In this document: piece after piece, positions 11,643-26,600 of the stretch
Layout of the letters: each line of letters starts with the position of its first letter
Position numbering within the stretch: the first letter of the stretch is position 1
NCBI RefSeq assembly: GCF_004010195.1
Contig: NC_057750.1
Location: forward strand, 17,075,009-17,139,008
Origin: Chiloscyllium plagiosum
Taxonomy: Eukaryota
DNA: 64,000 nt
Reading direction: 5' to 3'
Notes under the pieces: model-generated
What the model saw: the letters and a program-made list of their open reading frames with translations, nothing else
Databases searched by the model: none
Told to the model about the DNA's origin: nothing
Translations under genes and position numbers: made by a program

Positions 11643-14600
11643 CTGAATGAACAAAGAAAAGAAATAGTATTAGAGGAAATAGTTGTACTGGTGAATTGTT
11701 GCAAATATAATCTTTTCATTTCGACACAACAGTTGATGTAGTAAAATACCAAAGCACATCAGTGCTACATTGTAAAACAAAATTTGACATTGAGCCAGCA
11801 TTGAAGATATTAGAACCAATAACCAAAGCTTGCTTTTTGAAGTGTTTAAAAAGAGTAAAGAGAGAGGATAACTTGTGATCCTTTTCAAATTGGTAGTTGC
11901 GTCCCAAACCTGGGATTCCTGACCCCACTCACAGGGTTTTCTAATCTTGGGTACAGGCTGATTTAGGTAGTGAGTGTGCACCTGGAGCTTCCAACTTGGC
12001 CAGCACCATTGCAGGGACAGGTGTGACTATTCCTATCCATTATTGTGGAGTTGGCGAAATTATTAAATAGTCCTAGTTCACTGCAAACAAAACAACCTTG
12101 AGTTGCACTATGTCACCTTCCTGGTTTTGAACAAAGTTCCACAACATTCATGCAAGCCTTCTGAACAGTCCATTTCTCCACCTGGTCCTTCCTTGGTGGG
12201 CTGATCCACACTCGCTCTCTAATAGTGAAAATCCCGTCCCTGTGTAATTACTTCTGAGGCAGCTGGGCCAAGTCAGGTAATTTCCTCCCACTTTATGGAG
12301 GCGCGGTGGCTCAGTGGTTAGCACTGCTGCCTCACAGTGCCAGGGACCTGAATTCGATTCCAGTCTCAGGTGACTGTCTGTGTGGAGTTTGCACATTCTC
12401 CCTGTGTCTGCATGGGTTTCTTCTGGGTGCTCCAGCTTCCTTTCACAGTCCAAAGATTTGCAGGTTAGGTGAATTGGCCATGCAAAATTGCCCATAGTGT
12501 TCATGGATGTGTAGGTTAGGTTTGTTAGTCAGGGGGAAATGTAGGTGAATGGGCCTGAGTGTGATACTCTTCAGAGGATCGGTGTGGATTTGTTGGGCCA
12601 AATGGCCTGTTTCCACACTAGGGATTCTATGATTCACTGCCTACCTTGAGGATGAAAATTCAGACTTTAGGGGAATTCTAGAGTTGAAACACTGGCATCT
12701 GAAGGCATGGCCGGCAATAATGGAATGATTAAAATCAGAGATGCTGAAGAGGCCTGAATTGGAAGAGCACAGATACCTTGGAAGGTTGTGGGACCTGGAA
12801 GACATTACAGTGACAGGGATGGGTGAGGCCATGGAGAGATCTGCAAAAAAGGATGCGTTTTAAAATTAAGTATTGTGGGCCAGTAAATATGAACATTTTG
12901 GGTAATCTCAGGTTTTTGAAAGTTCGAAGGTTGGAGACCAGCTATAGGTTGAAACTTTATTGCTGGAACAGCACAGCAGGTCAGGCAGCATCCAGAGAAC
13001 AGGAGATTCGACGTTTCGGGCACAGGCCCTTCTTCAGGATTCCTGAAGAAGGGCCTGTGCCCGAAACGTCGAATCTCCTGTTCCCTGGATGCTGCCTGAC
13101 CTGCTGTGCTGTTCCAGCAATAAAGTTTCAACTTTGATCTCCAGCATCTGCAGACCTCACTTTCTCCCCGACCAGCTATAGGTGCATTGGAGTAATGAAA
13201 TCCGCTTTAAACCACTTACTCCTCACCTTAAACCTATGCCCTCTGGTCTTAGACAAATCTGCCATGGGGGACAAGATTTTCACAATCTACCCTTTTTACG
13301 CCTGTCATCATTTTGTACACCTCAGTATCCTCTACTCCAGGGAAAACAAATCCACGCTATTCATCCTGTCCTCATAACTGAGACTTTCCATCTCAGGCAA
13401 CATTCTGGTGAATCTCCTCTGCATCCTCTCCAGTACAATGAGGTCCTTCTGATAAGTTGGTGACCAGAACTGCACATAGTAGGCCTAACCAATGTTTTAT
13501 AAGTATTTTCAAAGAACTAGCACTGGTAAATCATGGAGAGGAGGGCTTAAGTACACTGTAGTGGTCCTTTACAGTGGATTTGCTCCTATATTCTATGCCT
13601 GGCTAATGAAGGTAAACATTCCCATATGCCTTCTTCTGCACCCTGTATATCTGTGCTGACACCCTCAGGGATCTATGTATTTGTACACCAAGGTCTTCTT
13701 CTTCATCAAGACTCCCTAAGGGCCCACCATTCTCTGTGTACATCCTTCCCTTATTAGACCTCACAAAATGCATCACCTGAGATGATTCTTCCTCTGATCT
13801 AATTATTATTCTTCTTCCCATCTGGGAAAGCATCTAGTCTTCATTGTGCACTTTGTACAAAGGTATGGCTGAGATCAGGAGTTTTTTGTGTGGCAATCCT
13901 TTATCTGGGAAAAAAAAGTCACTAAACAATTGCTCTACCATTTAAAAAGTATTTTGTCAAGATATTTCCTTCACCAATTACGATCCTTTACAAGCTTTCA
14001 AGGGATATCTGACTATGTTACCTCCCTAACATAATGAAACAAAAACTGCTGGAATTCTGAAATAATAAAATAAAATGCTGGAAAAATAAAACTGGTAAAA
14101 CTTTTTTTTTACAACCATATGTTTCAAAGGGCTTCACAGTTAATTAAGTATGTTTTTGATGAGTAACTATCTTTGTAAGTGCAGAGCAAACATCCACAAA
14201 CAACAATGTGATATTGACCAGATAATGCTTTTATAATTTTAATTGAGGGATACATTTTTGCCAGGACATCATTGAGAACTCCACAACCCTTCTTCAAAAT
14301 AGTGCTCTGGGATGTTTTACATTCACCTAAACAGGCAGACCAAGATTTTGGTTTAATACCTCATTCAAAAAATGAAACTCCTGATCCTGCTATGCTCCTT
14401 AACTATTGCACTGGAACCTCAGCCTTGATGTTTTACTTAGAATTCTTAGAATCCCTACAGTGTGAAACAGGCATTCGGGCCAACGAGTCCACACCAACCC
14501 TCCAAAGAACATCCTACCATTCCTTTCTCCTACCCTAACCTATATTTCCTATGGCTAATGTACCTAACCTACACATCCCTGAACACTATGAGTAATTTAG

Positions 14601-17600
14601 CATGGCCAATCCACCTAACTTGCACATCTTTTGGACTGTGGGAGGAGACCGGAGCACCCAGCGGAAACCCACGCAGACATGGGGACATCGTGCAAACTCC
14701 ACACAGACAGCGGTTCAACTCCTGAAGTGGGACCTTAAGCAACATTTCAGAGGCAATATAATATCAACCGAACCACACAAACATGCAGCATGTTTAGCAC
14801 AGTCCAGTTTTCTTTAAAATAAAATAAATGTTTGGGTTATTCAGACTGCACTCTTGTGCTTTCATTTTGGCAGGCTGCATGTGTTACTTGTAAGCTGTAC
14901 AAATCCATTCTATCTGTAAGATTGCCCATTTCTACCTCTCTATTGCCTGACAACATCTGTGATTTAGCTCATCTGCTGCTGAAAATGTCATCCATTCCTT
15001 TGTTATCTCTGGATTTGATTATTCAAATTTATAAAACATTGGTTAGGCCTGCTGTGTGCAGTTCTGGTCACCAAATTATCGGAAGGACCTCATTGTACTG
15101 GAGAGAATGCAGAGGAGATTTACCAAAATGTGTCCTGAGATGGAAAGTCTCAGTTATGAGGACAGGATGAATAGCGTGGATTTGTTTTGCCTGGAGTAGA
15201 GGATACTGAGGGGGGGATCTAACTGAGGTGTACAAAATGATGAGAGGCATAGAAAGGGTAGATCATGAAAATCTTGTCCCCCATGGCAGATGTGTTTAAG
15301 ACCAGAGGGCATAGGTTTAAGGTGAGGAGTAAGTGGTTTAAAGTAGATCTGAGGAAACATTATTTTCACCCAGAGGCTGGTAGAAATATAGAATATACTT
15401 TCTGATAGAGTGGTGGAGACATGTACTTTTNNNNNNNNNNNNNNNNNNNNNNNNNNNNNNNNNNNNNNNNNNNNNNNNNNNNNNNNNNNNNNNNNNNNNN
15501 NNNNNNNNNNNNNNNNNNNNNNNNNNNNNNNNNNNNNNNNNNNNNNNNNNNNNNNNNNNNNNNNNNNNNNNNNNNNNNNNNNNNNNNNNNNNNNNNNNNN
15601 NNNNNNNNNNNNNNNNNNNNNNNNNNNNNNNNNNNNNNNNNNNNNNNNNNNNNNNNNNNNNNNNNNNNNNNNNNNNNNNNNNNNNNNNNNNNNNNNNNNN
15701 NNNNNNNNNNNNNNNNNNNNNNNNNNNNNNNNNNNNNNNNNNNNNNNNNNNNNNNNNNNNNNNNNNNNNNNNNNNNNNNNNNNNNNNNNNNNNNNNNNNN
15801 NNNNNNNNNNNNNNNNNNNNNNNNNNNNNNNNNNNNNNNNNNNNNNNNNNNNNNNNNNNNNNNNNNNNNNNNNNNNNNNNNNNNNNNNNNNNNNNNNNNN
15901 NNNNNNNNNNNNNNNNNNNNNNNNNNNNNNGGCAATCTGTTTTACAGTCCAGTAGAGCTTCTTTTCCATTTTATGCTTCTGTTCATGAAAAATTTATAAT
16001 ATCCTAGACATTAATATTCTCAATGAAGATTCCTCTTTATTGTAGCATGTGTTATTGTTGGGTCTATTACTATTTTTTGTGAGAGGATGGAAAATATAAT
16101 TGAAAAGTCTCCAAAACACCTGTTTTGTGTATTTCTCAGATGTTTGATTAAAGAATGGCATTTATTTACACCTCACTTGGATGGTATTAAGCTGAACAAT
16201 CCTATATCATCCTGATTTGGGTAACATTAGAGCACAAGGAGAGGGTGAGGTATTTAGGAAGGAATAAACAGGAAATCTAATGCTATTACAATAGATTGAC
16301 AGAGATATTTCATTCTTTAGATGTCTCCAGCCATTGCTAATTATCTGGTTTTGAACTCTGCAAATATTAATATGTAAAGGACCACCACAGTGTATTTAAG
16401 CCCTCCTCTCCATGATTTACCAGTGCTAGTTCTTTGAAAATACTTGCTTTTGTTTCCCCTGACAACTGAAGAAAATGTGAGTGGGGAGGGAGATAAGGAG
16501 AAGGAACACATTCTTAATATTCTTTACAACAATGTGAACAAATTGCTTAAACTGTGACAGAAGTAGATTGCAGTTTGAAAAGATCTAGATGTTGTCATTT
16601 GCATATGTTTATATCTCAATTTTAAATTTATTAATCTAGATAACTGATTCAGAATCAAAATCCAATATAGTGTTTTAATCATACCATCATTCAGCGTGGT
16701 TTAGAGAAAAAAATGTAGTCCACATAAATAACTGAGATTATGTGAGTGCTATGGGGTGCTGACAAGGCAGAAAAAAACTGCAAAGTTGTTTACTCTGTTT
16801 CAGAAGGATTCAAGAATGATAAAAGAAGTGCAAAGGAACTGTTGCAAGAGGAAAAATCTCATTAAATTCTCTGAAATTACATCACACTTTCTGCCAACAA
16901 GTTGAGAAATACTTGTCTTGTCACAAGTTTATTTGTCTATGACACAGTCAAATGACTAAGAAGACACTTTGAGAAAACTAAAAAAAAAGGAGGAATCTTT
17001 TAGGGGTCTGAGCATGGTGTACTATGGCAAGTTTTGTGGCAGAATTGGGCAATAAATCTGGTGCGGCCATCTCTATGTTGAGAGCATCCCCCCCCCCCCC
17101 TTTTTTATGCTTTCTTGCTAAACATTGGCAAGTTGCTGTTTAGGGAGAATATTGCCTGTTAAAAATTTTATTCATAGTTCAACTCATCTGATTAATATTC
17201 AGCTTTCTATTCTACTAAAAGTACCAAACAAACTAATTTTTGGGAGATTTTGACATGGAAATCAGAGCGGGTTGCTGCTGCAAAGAGCCTCATGCTGCTC
17301 AAAACCAAACTTTGTCTCAGGGCACGATCCAAAGGCTCCAGCCACAGACACCCCTGATCCATAGATGTTGGCATTCAGCATTTGCAACTCTCATGACCTC
17401 TGATCCACTTGCAGGATGCTCAGACTTGCATTGAAAGGCTCACCAGCAACTAGCATTGTAAGGTTACAATAAGGGCACTGTGCATGCAGACATTGGTACC
17501 CAACCCATGCGGTAGACTAGACTGCAGTTTAGAGCTTGCTGTCATAGCATTCATTCATTTAGTGCCTACCTGCAAGTTCGCAGTGCCCATGTCTTACCTT

Positions 17601-20600
17601 GTCTTGTCCAGTCACAGAATCAGGGCATCTTGCACTGCTGGTCAGCAGGCGTCAGTCAAGAGACAGGCATGTATGTAGTGCGCTATGCCAATCTCACACC
17701 TGCACCAAGTGCCAGAAGTTCATATGGGAAAACATACCACATGTGCAGCAAGCAAGCAGCTGTATCTCAAAGTTTTAGGGCAACAGTCCTCTCTGAAGTC
17801 CTTAGAGGTATACTACAATTAAAGGTTCACAGCACAGTTAGGTCAAGGGCAGTCTTCCATACCAGTCCAGGGGAATTGGCTATGGTTGGTCATCAGGTCA
17901 TGGTGATCTTGATCAGGGGGTTTGTGCCTCTTCAGTTCAGAGAGTAGGTCACGATCAGTCCATTTGGTTCATCCACAGAAATGGAGAGAAACATTGGAAG
18001 AAATCATCAGGTGCTGCTATAGCGAGAGGAAGATTTGGGAACCTATTTCTATTCTTTGGGATTGCGAGCTGCAAGCTGGGGGGTGTCAGGATGACAGTTG
18101 TGAAGAGTGTGGGTAACAGTATTGTTATAGAGGGAATATGGTAAAGCATGGATGGGAAGAGGTTCATGTGGGAGGGGAGAGTTTGTCCATGGTCAGGAGT
18201 ACCCTGGCTTCAAGGGTTGACAGTGTATGACCAAATTTGGCATGTTCACCACATATGCCAAGAGGGGGAGGTGTTTGAGAGAATGAGCAGCAATGCAGAG
18301 GCTATGCAATGGCCATGCAGTTGTGTGGGAAGTTGGGAGGGAATGAAAGTGTGTGAGGGAAGAAGTTGCAGACAATAATGAGAGTGGCAGAGCATGAATC
18401 TAAGTGGGGGAGGGTGAGTGCTATAGCAGAGATAGTGTGAGTGAAGTAGAAGAGAAATGAGTGAGGCACTTACCCTGGTGGAGCAGGGAAAGTGATGTTC
18501 TTGCAACATTACTGGTCATTCCTTCACACTGTTGAGATGGCATTGACATGGGTGATGCCCTCAGACCAGGCTTCCAGGGTCTAATGACACTGCCTTTCCT
18601 GCCAGAAGGGTGCCCCTCATTTGATTCACCCCTAAACGAGTACAGCTAGGTCCCAGTTGGAGATGTTGAAGAATCATGGTGCCATCTTTCCCTTCTCTAA
18701 TGTGTTCAAAAGTGTCCTTGACAGAGCAGGGCAATTTTGGATTGTTAGTGCTTGGCAGAAGGTGCTGGAACCAGGGATGTTTATTGTTTGGAAGATATGG
18801 AAGTCCAAAGATGTGCAGGTTAGATAATTGGCCATGCTAAAATTGCGCGTAATGTTCGGTGTAGGGAAATAGGTCTGGGTGGGTTGCTCTTCGGAGAGTC
18901 GGTGTGGACTTGTTGGGCTGAAGGGCCTGTTTCCACATTGTAAGTAATCTAATCTAATATCTGGTGAGTGGTGAGTTGTTCTGGGAATGATGCATGGTAA
19001 AATGGGGCTAAGGTAAATGGAATGACAGAGACACCATGTGGACAAGATGGGTAATTAATGAGATGAGTTTGACAAGTTCTGGCGAGAAATCTCACAAGGC
19101 CTCACAGTGAGGGCCCCTCCAGATATTCGCACTTTGTCAAAAATGGAAAGATCCAGCCCCAAAATTTTACCACTGTTGCAATAGAATTATCTGTTGCAAA
19201 TCAATAATAGCAAAATAGTTGAATATTTTGTGTTTTGGAAATGTTTTTTACTTTCTAAAATCAATAATTAAAATCAAATTGAGCTATTAATCAACAACTT
19301 ACCTTGTCCTTGCAACATTGGAGATTTACATAAGGGCCCAAGTAAGATAATGCAGTGTGGAATCTTCCATACTATGAGTTGAGAAAAAGACAAATTCAGG
19401 TTGATAAAACAGAGTGAATGATCAAACAGAAAGAGAAAGGAATGAAAAAGATAAAGTGCCAATGAACATGCGAAAAGAGCTGGAGGGCCAGAATGAGACA
19501 AAGAGATGACAGAATTTAGGAATTCACACTATTTGACCCAACAGGCCTAGTAGGTGTCAGAACTAACTCCTGCAAACTAGGATGACAATGCTTTTGATTT
19601 CAACAAAGGTATTTTTGAAATTTTCTAATTTATAGAAAAAGTACAGGAAGGACCATTTTCCTTCTTAGTGCCTCATGAGCACAGACAGTTTCCTTCCACT
19701 CTTGTGTTTTGGGTCCTGAGGCAACTAAATAATTCTGTGCTGGATCCATACATCCTACCCTAGGTAGGGCAATGATATCTGAAGAGGTTTTGGCATGTGC
19801 TTACTATCTTGCACGTGACCTCCAGCTGAGCCTGTTAGAGATGCTCAAAGTGGTTGGCACCTTTGCGATGCTTTTCTCCATTATGAGCAGTCTTTGATTG
19901 AGATGCCCATAAGATGGTGGAGATATTGCAATTTTTCAGGGAGACCTTATGAAGATCCTTAAAGCATTTCCTCTGCTTTCCTGATAACCACTTGCCATGA
20001 TGAAGCTTGAAGTAGAGAGCTTATTTTGGAAGTAACTGGTTATGGGAAGGATAAATGCATATTAAAATACATTTATAAATTAGAAGTGTCACATTAAATT
20101 CTAAATGAAATGTACTTTATATTTTCAGTATTAATCATATACAGCAATTTGACACCTGCATGTGATATCTTTGGCAACTGGTATTACTAAATATTTTTCT
20201 CCTGGGAGTAAGTCATGCCTGATGAATTTGATTGAATTTTTCAAGGGTGCTATGATGATGACAGGAGGTAGTTGATGTAGTTTTCTAGATTTCAGCAAGG
20301 CCTTTGACAAAGTACCACACAGGAAACTGGTAAAGAACATAAAAGCTCATGGGATCCAAGGTAATGGCGAGTTGGACCCAAAATTGGCTTAGTGGCAGGA
20401 GACAGACGTTTATGGTAGAAGGGTGTTTGTGTGACTGAAGGCCACTGTCCAGTAGCATACTACAGGGATCAGCACCAAATCTTTTAATGTTGGTGATGTT
20501 CATAAATGATGTAGATGAGTAAGTATGGGGGATGAATCAGTAAGTTTGCGTATGACAAAAATTGGTGAGGTGCTTGACAGTGAGGAGGAAGGTCTTAGGT

Positions 20601-23600
20601 TACAGGAAGATATAGGTGAATCGGTCAGATGGACAGATCAGTGGCAGGTTGAATTTAACTCTGATAAATGTGAGGACTTTGGAAGAAGTAACAAGACAAG
20701 GGAAAATTCAATGAATGGCAGGACGCTGGGAGGCATAGAGGAACAGAGGATCTTGGGGTGCTTGTCCACAGATGACTGAAGGTAGCTGGACAGTTTAATA
20801 GTTCAGTAGTTAAGAGTAATATGGGACACTTGACTTTATCAGTTGAGACATAAATTGTAAGAGCAGGGAAATTGTATTGGAGATTTACAAAATTTTGGTT
20901 CGACCACAGATGGAGTACTGTGTGCAGTTCTGATCACCACACTAGCGAGAAGAATATGATTCTACTGAAGTGAATGTAGAGGATGTTGCTCTGTACCACC
21001 AAAACTACAGAATAGAATGGAACATTTCAGCTTTGAAGAGAGGCTGGATAAATTTGAGTTGCTTTCTTTGGAGAAGAGAAGTTTAAGGAGGAATTATTAG
21101 AGGTGTATAAGGTTATGAAGTGCATGGACAAGGTGGATAGAAAGCAGCTGTTCCTCTTAGTCAAAGTGTCAAGAAAAAAGGGGCGTACCTTTAAAGTGAC
21201 AGACGGGAGGATTAGAAGGGATTTGAGTGACAGTGGTCTCGAATACACTGCCTGGGATGGTAGTTGAGTTGGGTAACTTCACAACCTTTCAAAAGGACTT
21301 GGATAACATTTGAAGTGTCATAATATTCAATAGTCACAACAGTGTGGGAAAGTGGGACTGATGTAGGTTAAAGTGTATTTTTGGTGGTACGGATCCGATG
21401 GACCAAAGGCTCTCTTCTGTACTACATGGTTCTAAAAATCAATGAAAGAGAATATTATTTCAGTTATGTTTGCTTGGCACTTTTTCTCCCATCCCTTTGT
21501 CCTTTTGCTGGTTGCATTTGTGCAAGATAAGTTGCAAATGTTGTTATTGGCCAAAGTCCAGTTGGATGAGCATTTGACAAGTAGCTGTTTGACAGACAGA
21601 AGTCAGCTATGGAGCCGATTTTAACCCTAATCAGCAGGTGAGTTACTTACCTTCCTAAAAGCTGATTATTTATAAAGGTCACCCACCAAAAGTTGATGTG
21701 GTCTTTTATTTACAAATACATATTGTGTTCCAGTAATATTATTAGCATTTGATAATTTCACAGAGTGAGCAGCCACTGTAAGTTATTTTTCTGTATTCAT
21801 TGACGGATAGGGTATCACTGGTAAGGCCAGCGTTTCTTGCCTGCCCTTGATTGCCCTTGACGTGAGTAGCATGCTAAGCGATGACAAAGATGGGGAGGAA
21901 AGAAAGGTTGTGGAGAGCAGGCGGGAAAGTGGAGTTGAGACCAAGAATGCAATCAGACATGATTATATTGAATGGTGGAGCAGGCTCGAGGGGCTGAATT
22001 GCCTACTCCTACTTCTTATGTTTTATTTCAGCGGGCAGTTAAGAGTGAACCACATTGCTGTGTGCATGAACTCATATGTAGGCCAGTCCTGGTAAGGATG
22101 GCAGATTTCCTTCCCTAAAAGGCATTAGTGAACCAAATGGTTTTCATGACAATAACAATAATTTCATGGCCACTATTTTTGAGATGAGTTCTTAATTATG
22201 GATTTATTAATTGAATTTGAATTCTACCAGATCCTTATGGAATTTGAACCCACATCCCCAGAACATTAACCTGGGCATCCAGTGATGTTACCATTATTGC
22301 AAGGATCGGGGAAAAAGTGGGGTATTTTTCTGACCCTGGGCCAAAATGCTTCCTTTGTACTGCACTATTCTGTGATTCTATCATTCAAACCAATAATATA
22401 TCACAAATTTGAGGGTTGCTGAAAAGAAAAATACGTGCATTATCAAAGATTTTCAATTTACACTCATTACGATAATTTTCAATAGTACCTATTCAAGGGT
22501 AAAAAACAAAATTTATGTTGCATGAGAGAAGACTGCAGATTGATTGGCAAGTAGGCTGTGATTGGCATAAGTGTTGCCATGGAGAATACTTGTCAATTAA
22601 TGCTTGCAATATGCAATAACAATGAGGGGCATTTCCCACTGACAGCATGCTGGTGTCAAGCCAAAACGATATTCTGCCTATAGCACGAGTAAGTAATAGG
22701 TCTTCAACATTCAATCCAATTCTGCCATTGGACAACATTTGCTGGATAACCCTGAATGTGCAAAGAATTACATTGAAAGCAAATTTAGGATTGTCACTCG
22801 GGCACACAGTTGGCACACTGCACTTACTAAAGTGCATTCATACAAATGAATGTGCAGGGCCCTGTTCTTTGTAGAAGGAAAAGATTTGAACACTGTGCCT
22901 GTTTCTGCTCAACAAAGTTTGAACAGCCATTTGCTGGCTCATTTCTCAGACAATACCCTGACCAACCTGCCTTGTAACCTGGCAATTAACTGTCAATCAT
23001 CATCAATTGGTGCAATCTTAACATAAATGCCTCCAGCAATCATAGTCTCCTTGTCAAACAATCAGTACCCTCCTTTCATGAAATATAAATGTTAGTTTTC
23101 CCTTCAATTTGGCATTGTATGCATTGTCCTGATGAATTTAAAATAAAAGACCTCAATGAAATGTGTCTTTTTAAAGCAACAGTGAAATTTTGTGCTACCA
23201 GTAAATAATTTGTATAATAAGTTCATAAATTACAATATGTGGATAGTTTGTGAGATGCTGCACCTAGCAGAGATTTTTGCTACCAGTGAACACAGATTAA
23301 ACCTTGGTTTTATGGAGTTGTAGCTCTACTTCTATTTCTGCCTTCACCACTGATAATACTGCTGGGTGCACAGCCTTGCAATATTCGTACAAAATAGTAT
23401 AAATAGTATTAACACTACTTTACATGGTCATAGCAATTCAAGGATTGAAGAAATCTGTAACACAGGTTTGTCTATTGCACAGCGCATCACAGTTTTGGCC
23501 GAACGAATTTACTTGTCAGGTCAATGCACGAATACAGAAAATACTCTTAGACAGAAAATATGTAAAAGCAACAAAGTTCAGCTGATATGCCTTTGCTATA

Positions 23601-26600
23601 GATATCAGATTTCACTGGAAGGAGAGTTGGTAACTTAGAAGGATGTATTCAAGATAATTGGATAGAAATACAGGGAATAAATTAAGTTTAAAAAAATTCT
23701 GCACTGAGTTCTGATAATCTGAAAGAGTGGTGAAAACAGATACACTGGTAAATTCTGAAAGGGAATCGGAAATTGAGAAATCTGGAGGGTTTTGGGGAAA
23801 GAATAAGGTAGTTGAATTCATTATTTAACAATTTTAATACATTGTATCGATGCAGTGCACCAAATCATCTCCGTATCAAAATAGTAATGTTCTTGATAGT
23901 CAATTGTTACAATAAGGTGAGGAAGAGGAATCGGCTCCCCTCTCTTTAACCTCCTCTCAGTTAGTTGCTACAGTTCTTAAAAAAAATCTTTTTTGTATGT
24001 AGCTATCAAACTTCAATTAAATAGTTTGCTAGAAAATGCAGCAGCCAATTGCTCAGATTTTGTTAAATGAAATAAAGAGGAGTTCATTATCTACAAACTC
24101 TGAGAAAAGATGATAAAAATGCAACGTCATACACACACAAACATGGGTAATACATTTTTTAAAGTGCTATTTACAGCTTTTAAGGTTTTGCAATTTAAAA
24201 GTTCTTAGAATTTTTGAGGTGTTAGATTTTAAAACTAAAGCCACAGTTGACTCCTATTTGCAGCAATAACAGAAACTGCAGATCTTTGAGTCTTTAGTGA
24301 ATGGGTTATTTTCCCATGATGCTTTTCATGGAGTGTTATTTTCCAAGATGATGAGGGAAGCAGGCAGGGGAAGACAGAGAGATAGCATTCTAGCTCTTGT
24401 TGTCACAAATTCATTTTTTATTTCCCTCTGCACTGCAACTCAAATGCTATTGAAATATAATTTAGTGTGTATTCCTGAGGCTAACTCCAATGTCTTTCCA
24501 AGCTGGTTAACTGGCAAGCAAACCTTTCATCTCCCAATATGTGAAATTATCATACAGTATGAATTAAAAAGATGCAAAATTCTTGAGGGATGAATCAACT
24601 ACCTTGTTTCAGCATGTTTAGATAAAATTGGTCATTTTAATGCAGAATGCTTTGCTAATTTCACATGGCTTTCATGAAGCTCTCTTCAATCTGTGGCCAG
24701 GTAATTACTAAACTTATAAGTCTATGTTCTTCCTTTTTATAACAATGTTTTTGTTCATTAAAGATGGTGGGAATAATGATTATAGAGGCATGAGCACAGA
24801 AACAGGCTCTTCAGCCCAACTTGTCTATGCTGACCAAGATTTACAAGGATGTTACTGAAACTGGAAGGCCCAAGCCACTGGGAGAGGCTTGATAGGCTGG
24901 GAAACCTTTCCTGAGCACAGGAAACCCACAAAATCATGAGGGGCATAGATAAGGTAAGTAGCCAAGGACCCCTCCAAGAGTAGAGAGTCCAAAGCCAGAG
25001 GGCACAGATTCAAGGCAAGAGGGGAAAGTTTCAAAAGAGAGGAAACAGCCCGCAAACAGAGGACAGTGCACACATGGAACGAGCTGCCAGAGAAAGTGGC
25101 AGAGGCACTTGTTTTAAATTACAACATTTAAAAGGTATCAGGACAGATACATGGACAAGAAAGGTCCGGAGGGACATGGGCCAAACACAGGTTAATGATA
25201 CCAGTTTAGTCTAGGAAACCTTGACTTTACATTTTTAGTTTCACAAGGATATAAATTCCTACATCCTTATCATATCCAATCAAATTTTCTTTCTTAATGG
25301 GTTTAAAAATATCATTAAATAGCAGACAAAGGGATATTAATATGGGGTAACCATTGACTGGAAACTGAATTGGGTCAGATACTTAAACACTGTGATTAAA
25401 GAGCACGTCAGAGGCTAGGAATCCTGCGGAGAATAACTGACCACCTGACTTCCTAAAGCCTGTCCAACATTAACAAATTAGGAATGTGATTGAATACTCC
25501 ATACTCACCTGGGTGAGTGCAGTTTTAACAACATTCAAGAAATGCATGTGAGTATACAAGGTGGTTGTTTACCTGAAACAACACCCTTCAATCTGTCACC
25601 CCTATTAACTACAAGGACAAACTGTATGGGAACATTTCCATTGGAAAGTTCCTCTCTCAGCCGCATACCATCTGACTTAAGACTGTATCTCTAGTCCATC
25701 GCGGACATCAGTCAAAATGAAGCAATACAGCATAGAAAAAGACCCTTTGATCCAATTTATCCATGCTGATCAGGTTTCCCATACTAAACTAGTCCCATTT
25801 GCCTGCGCCTGGCCCACATCCCTCCAAACCCCTCCCACTCAAATGATAGAAATTAGAATTCAAATGGTCCATATTTACTGTTATCGTAACACAATGAATT
25901 GTAAATATAATATTCAAATCTCTAAATATTTTCGTCATGGATATTAAATCTTACCGTGTAACCATTATGACATGAGGGTTTGATGCCAGCAGCAGAAAAG
26001 TATCTGAAAAATAAGAGTTAGGAATCTAAGTTGATACTTTTTAAATTAAAATGGGACTGACAATTAGATATAGTTAGTCTTGCTATACCTGGACAGAGGT
26101 GAACTCTATTATTAGGCAATCTGTTCCACTGCACTCGTTTTGTGCATGGCATTGATAGTGAGAATAGTGATTGTATGTTGATTGAAACCTTGCACCAATA
26201 AGCACAATATAGTCTCAAATTTTTAGTAAGTGTTTCCTAATGCATAACTTTTAAAATATGGCGGACAAATTGTGTGGTTAGCAAAACATGTAAATTTAAG
26301 TTTGATCATTAAAATTATTGAATATAAAAGCAAGGAGGCTATGCTCAGACCACAAACTGGAGTTTTGAATCCAGTTCTGATCATCACACTTAAGGAAGGA
26401 AACAAGTATCCTTAAGAGGAGATTCATGAGATTGGTTCCAGAAATGAGGGCTTGGGAGCTCAAGGAGAGATTTGATAGAGATGTACCAGATTGTGACAGG
26501 TTTAAATAAGGTAGGCAAAGAAAAGCTCTTCTCATAAGCTAGTGATGCAAGCACGAGGGGACAGGGATTCAAAGTTTTGGGCAAGAGATATGGGAATGAG

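Noticed and set aside
11213..11752. 179-aa minus-strand ORF and the overlapping 83-aa plus-strand ORF
   Set aside because: Shadow frames over exon 9 and the 3'UTR; the real coding frame is a different minus frame (11642-11475).
15154..15999. Long ORFs across the N-run
   Set aside because: Artefacts of the assembly gap.
16804..16905. Plus-strand acceptor followed by short open frames
   Set aside because: No partner exons or recognisable protein.
23905..24744. Possible solo LTR (TGTTAC...ATAACA)
   Set aside because: Termini are suggestive, but there is no TSD or second copy in the window to support it.
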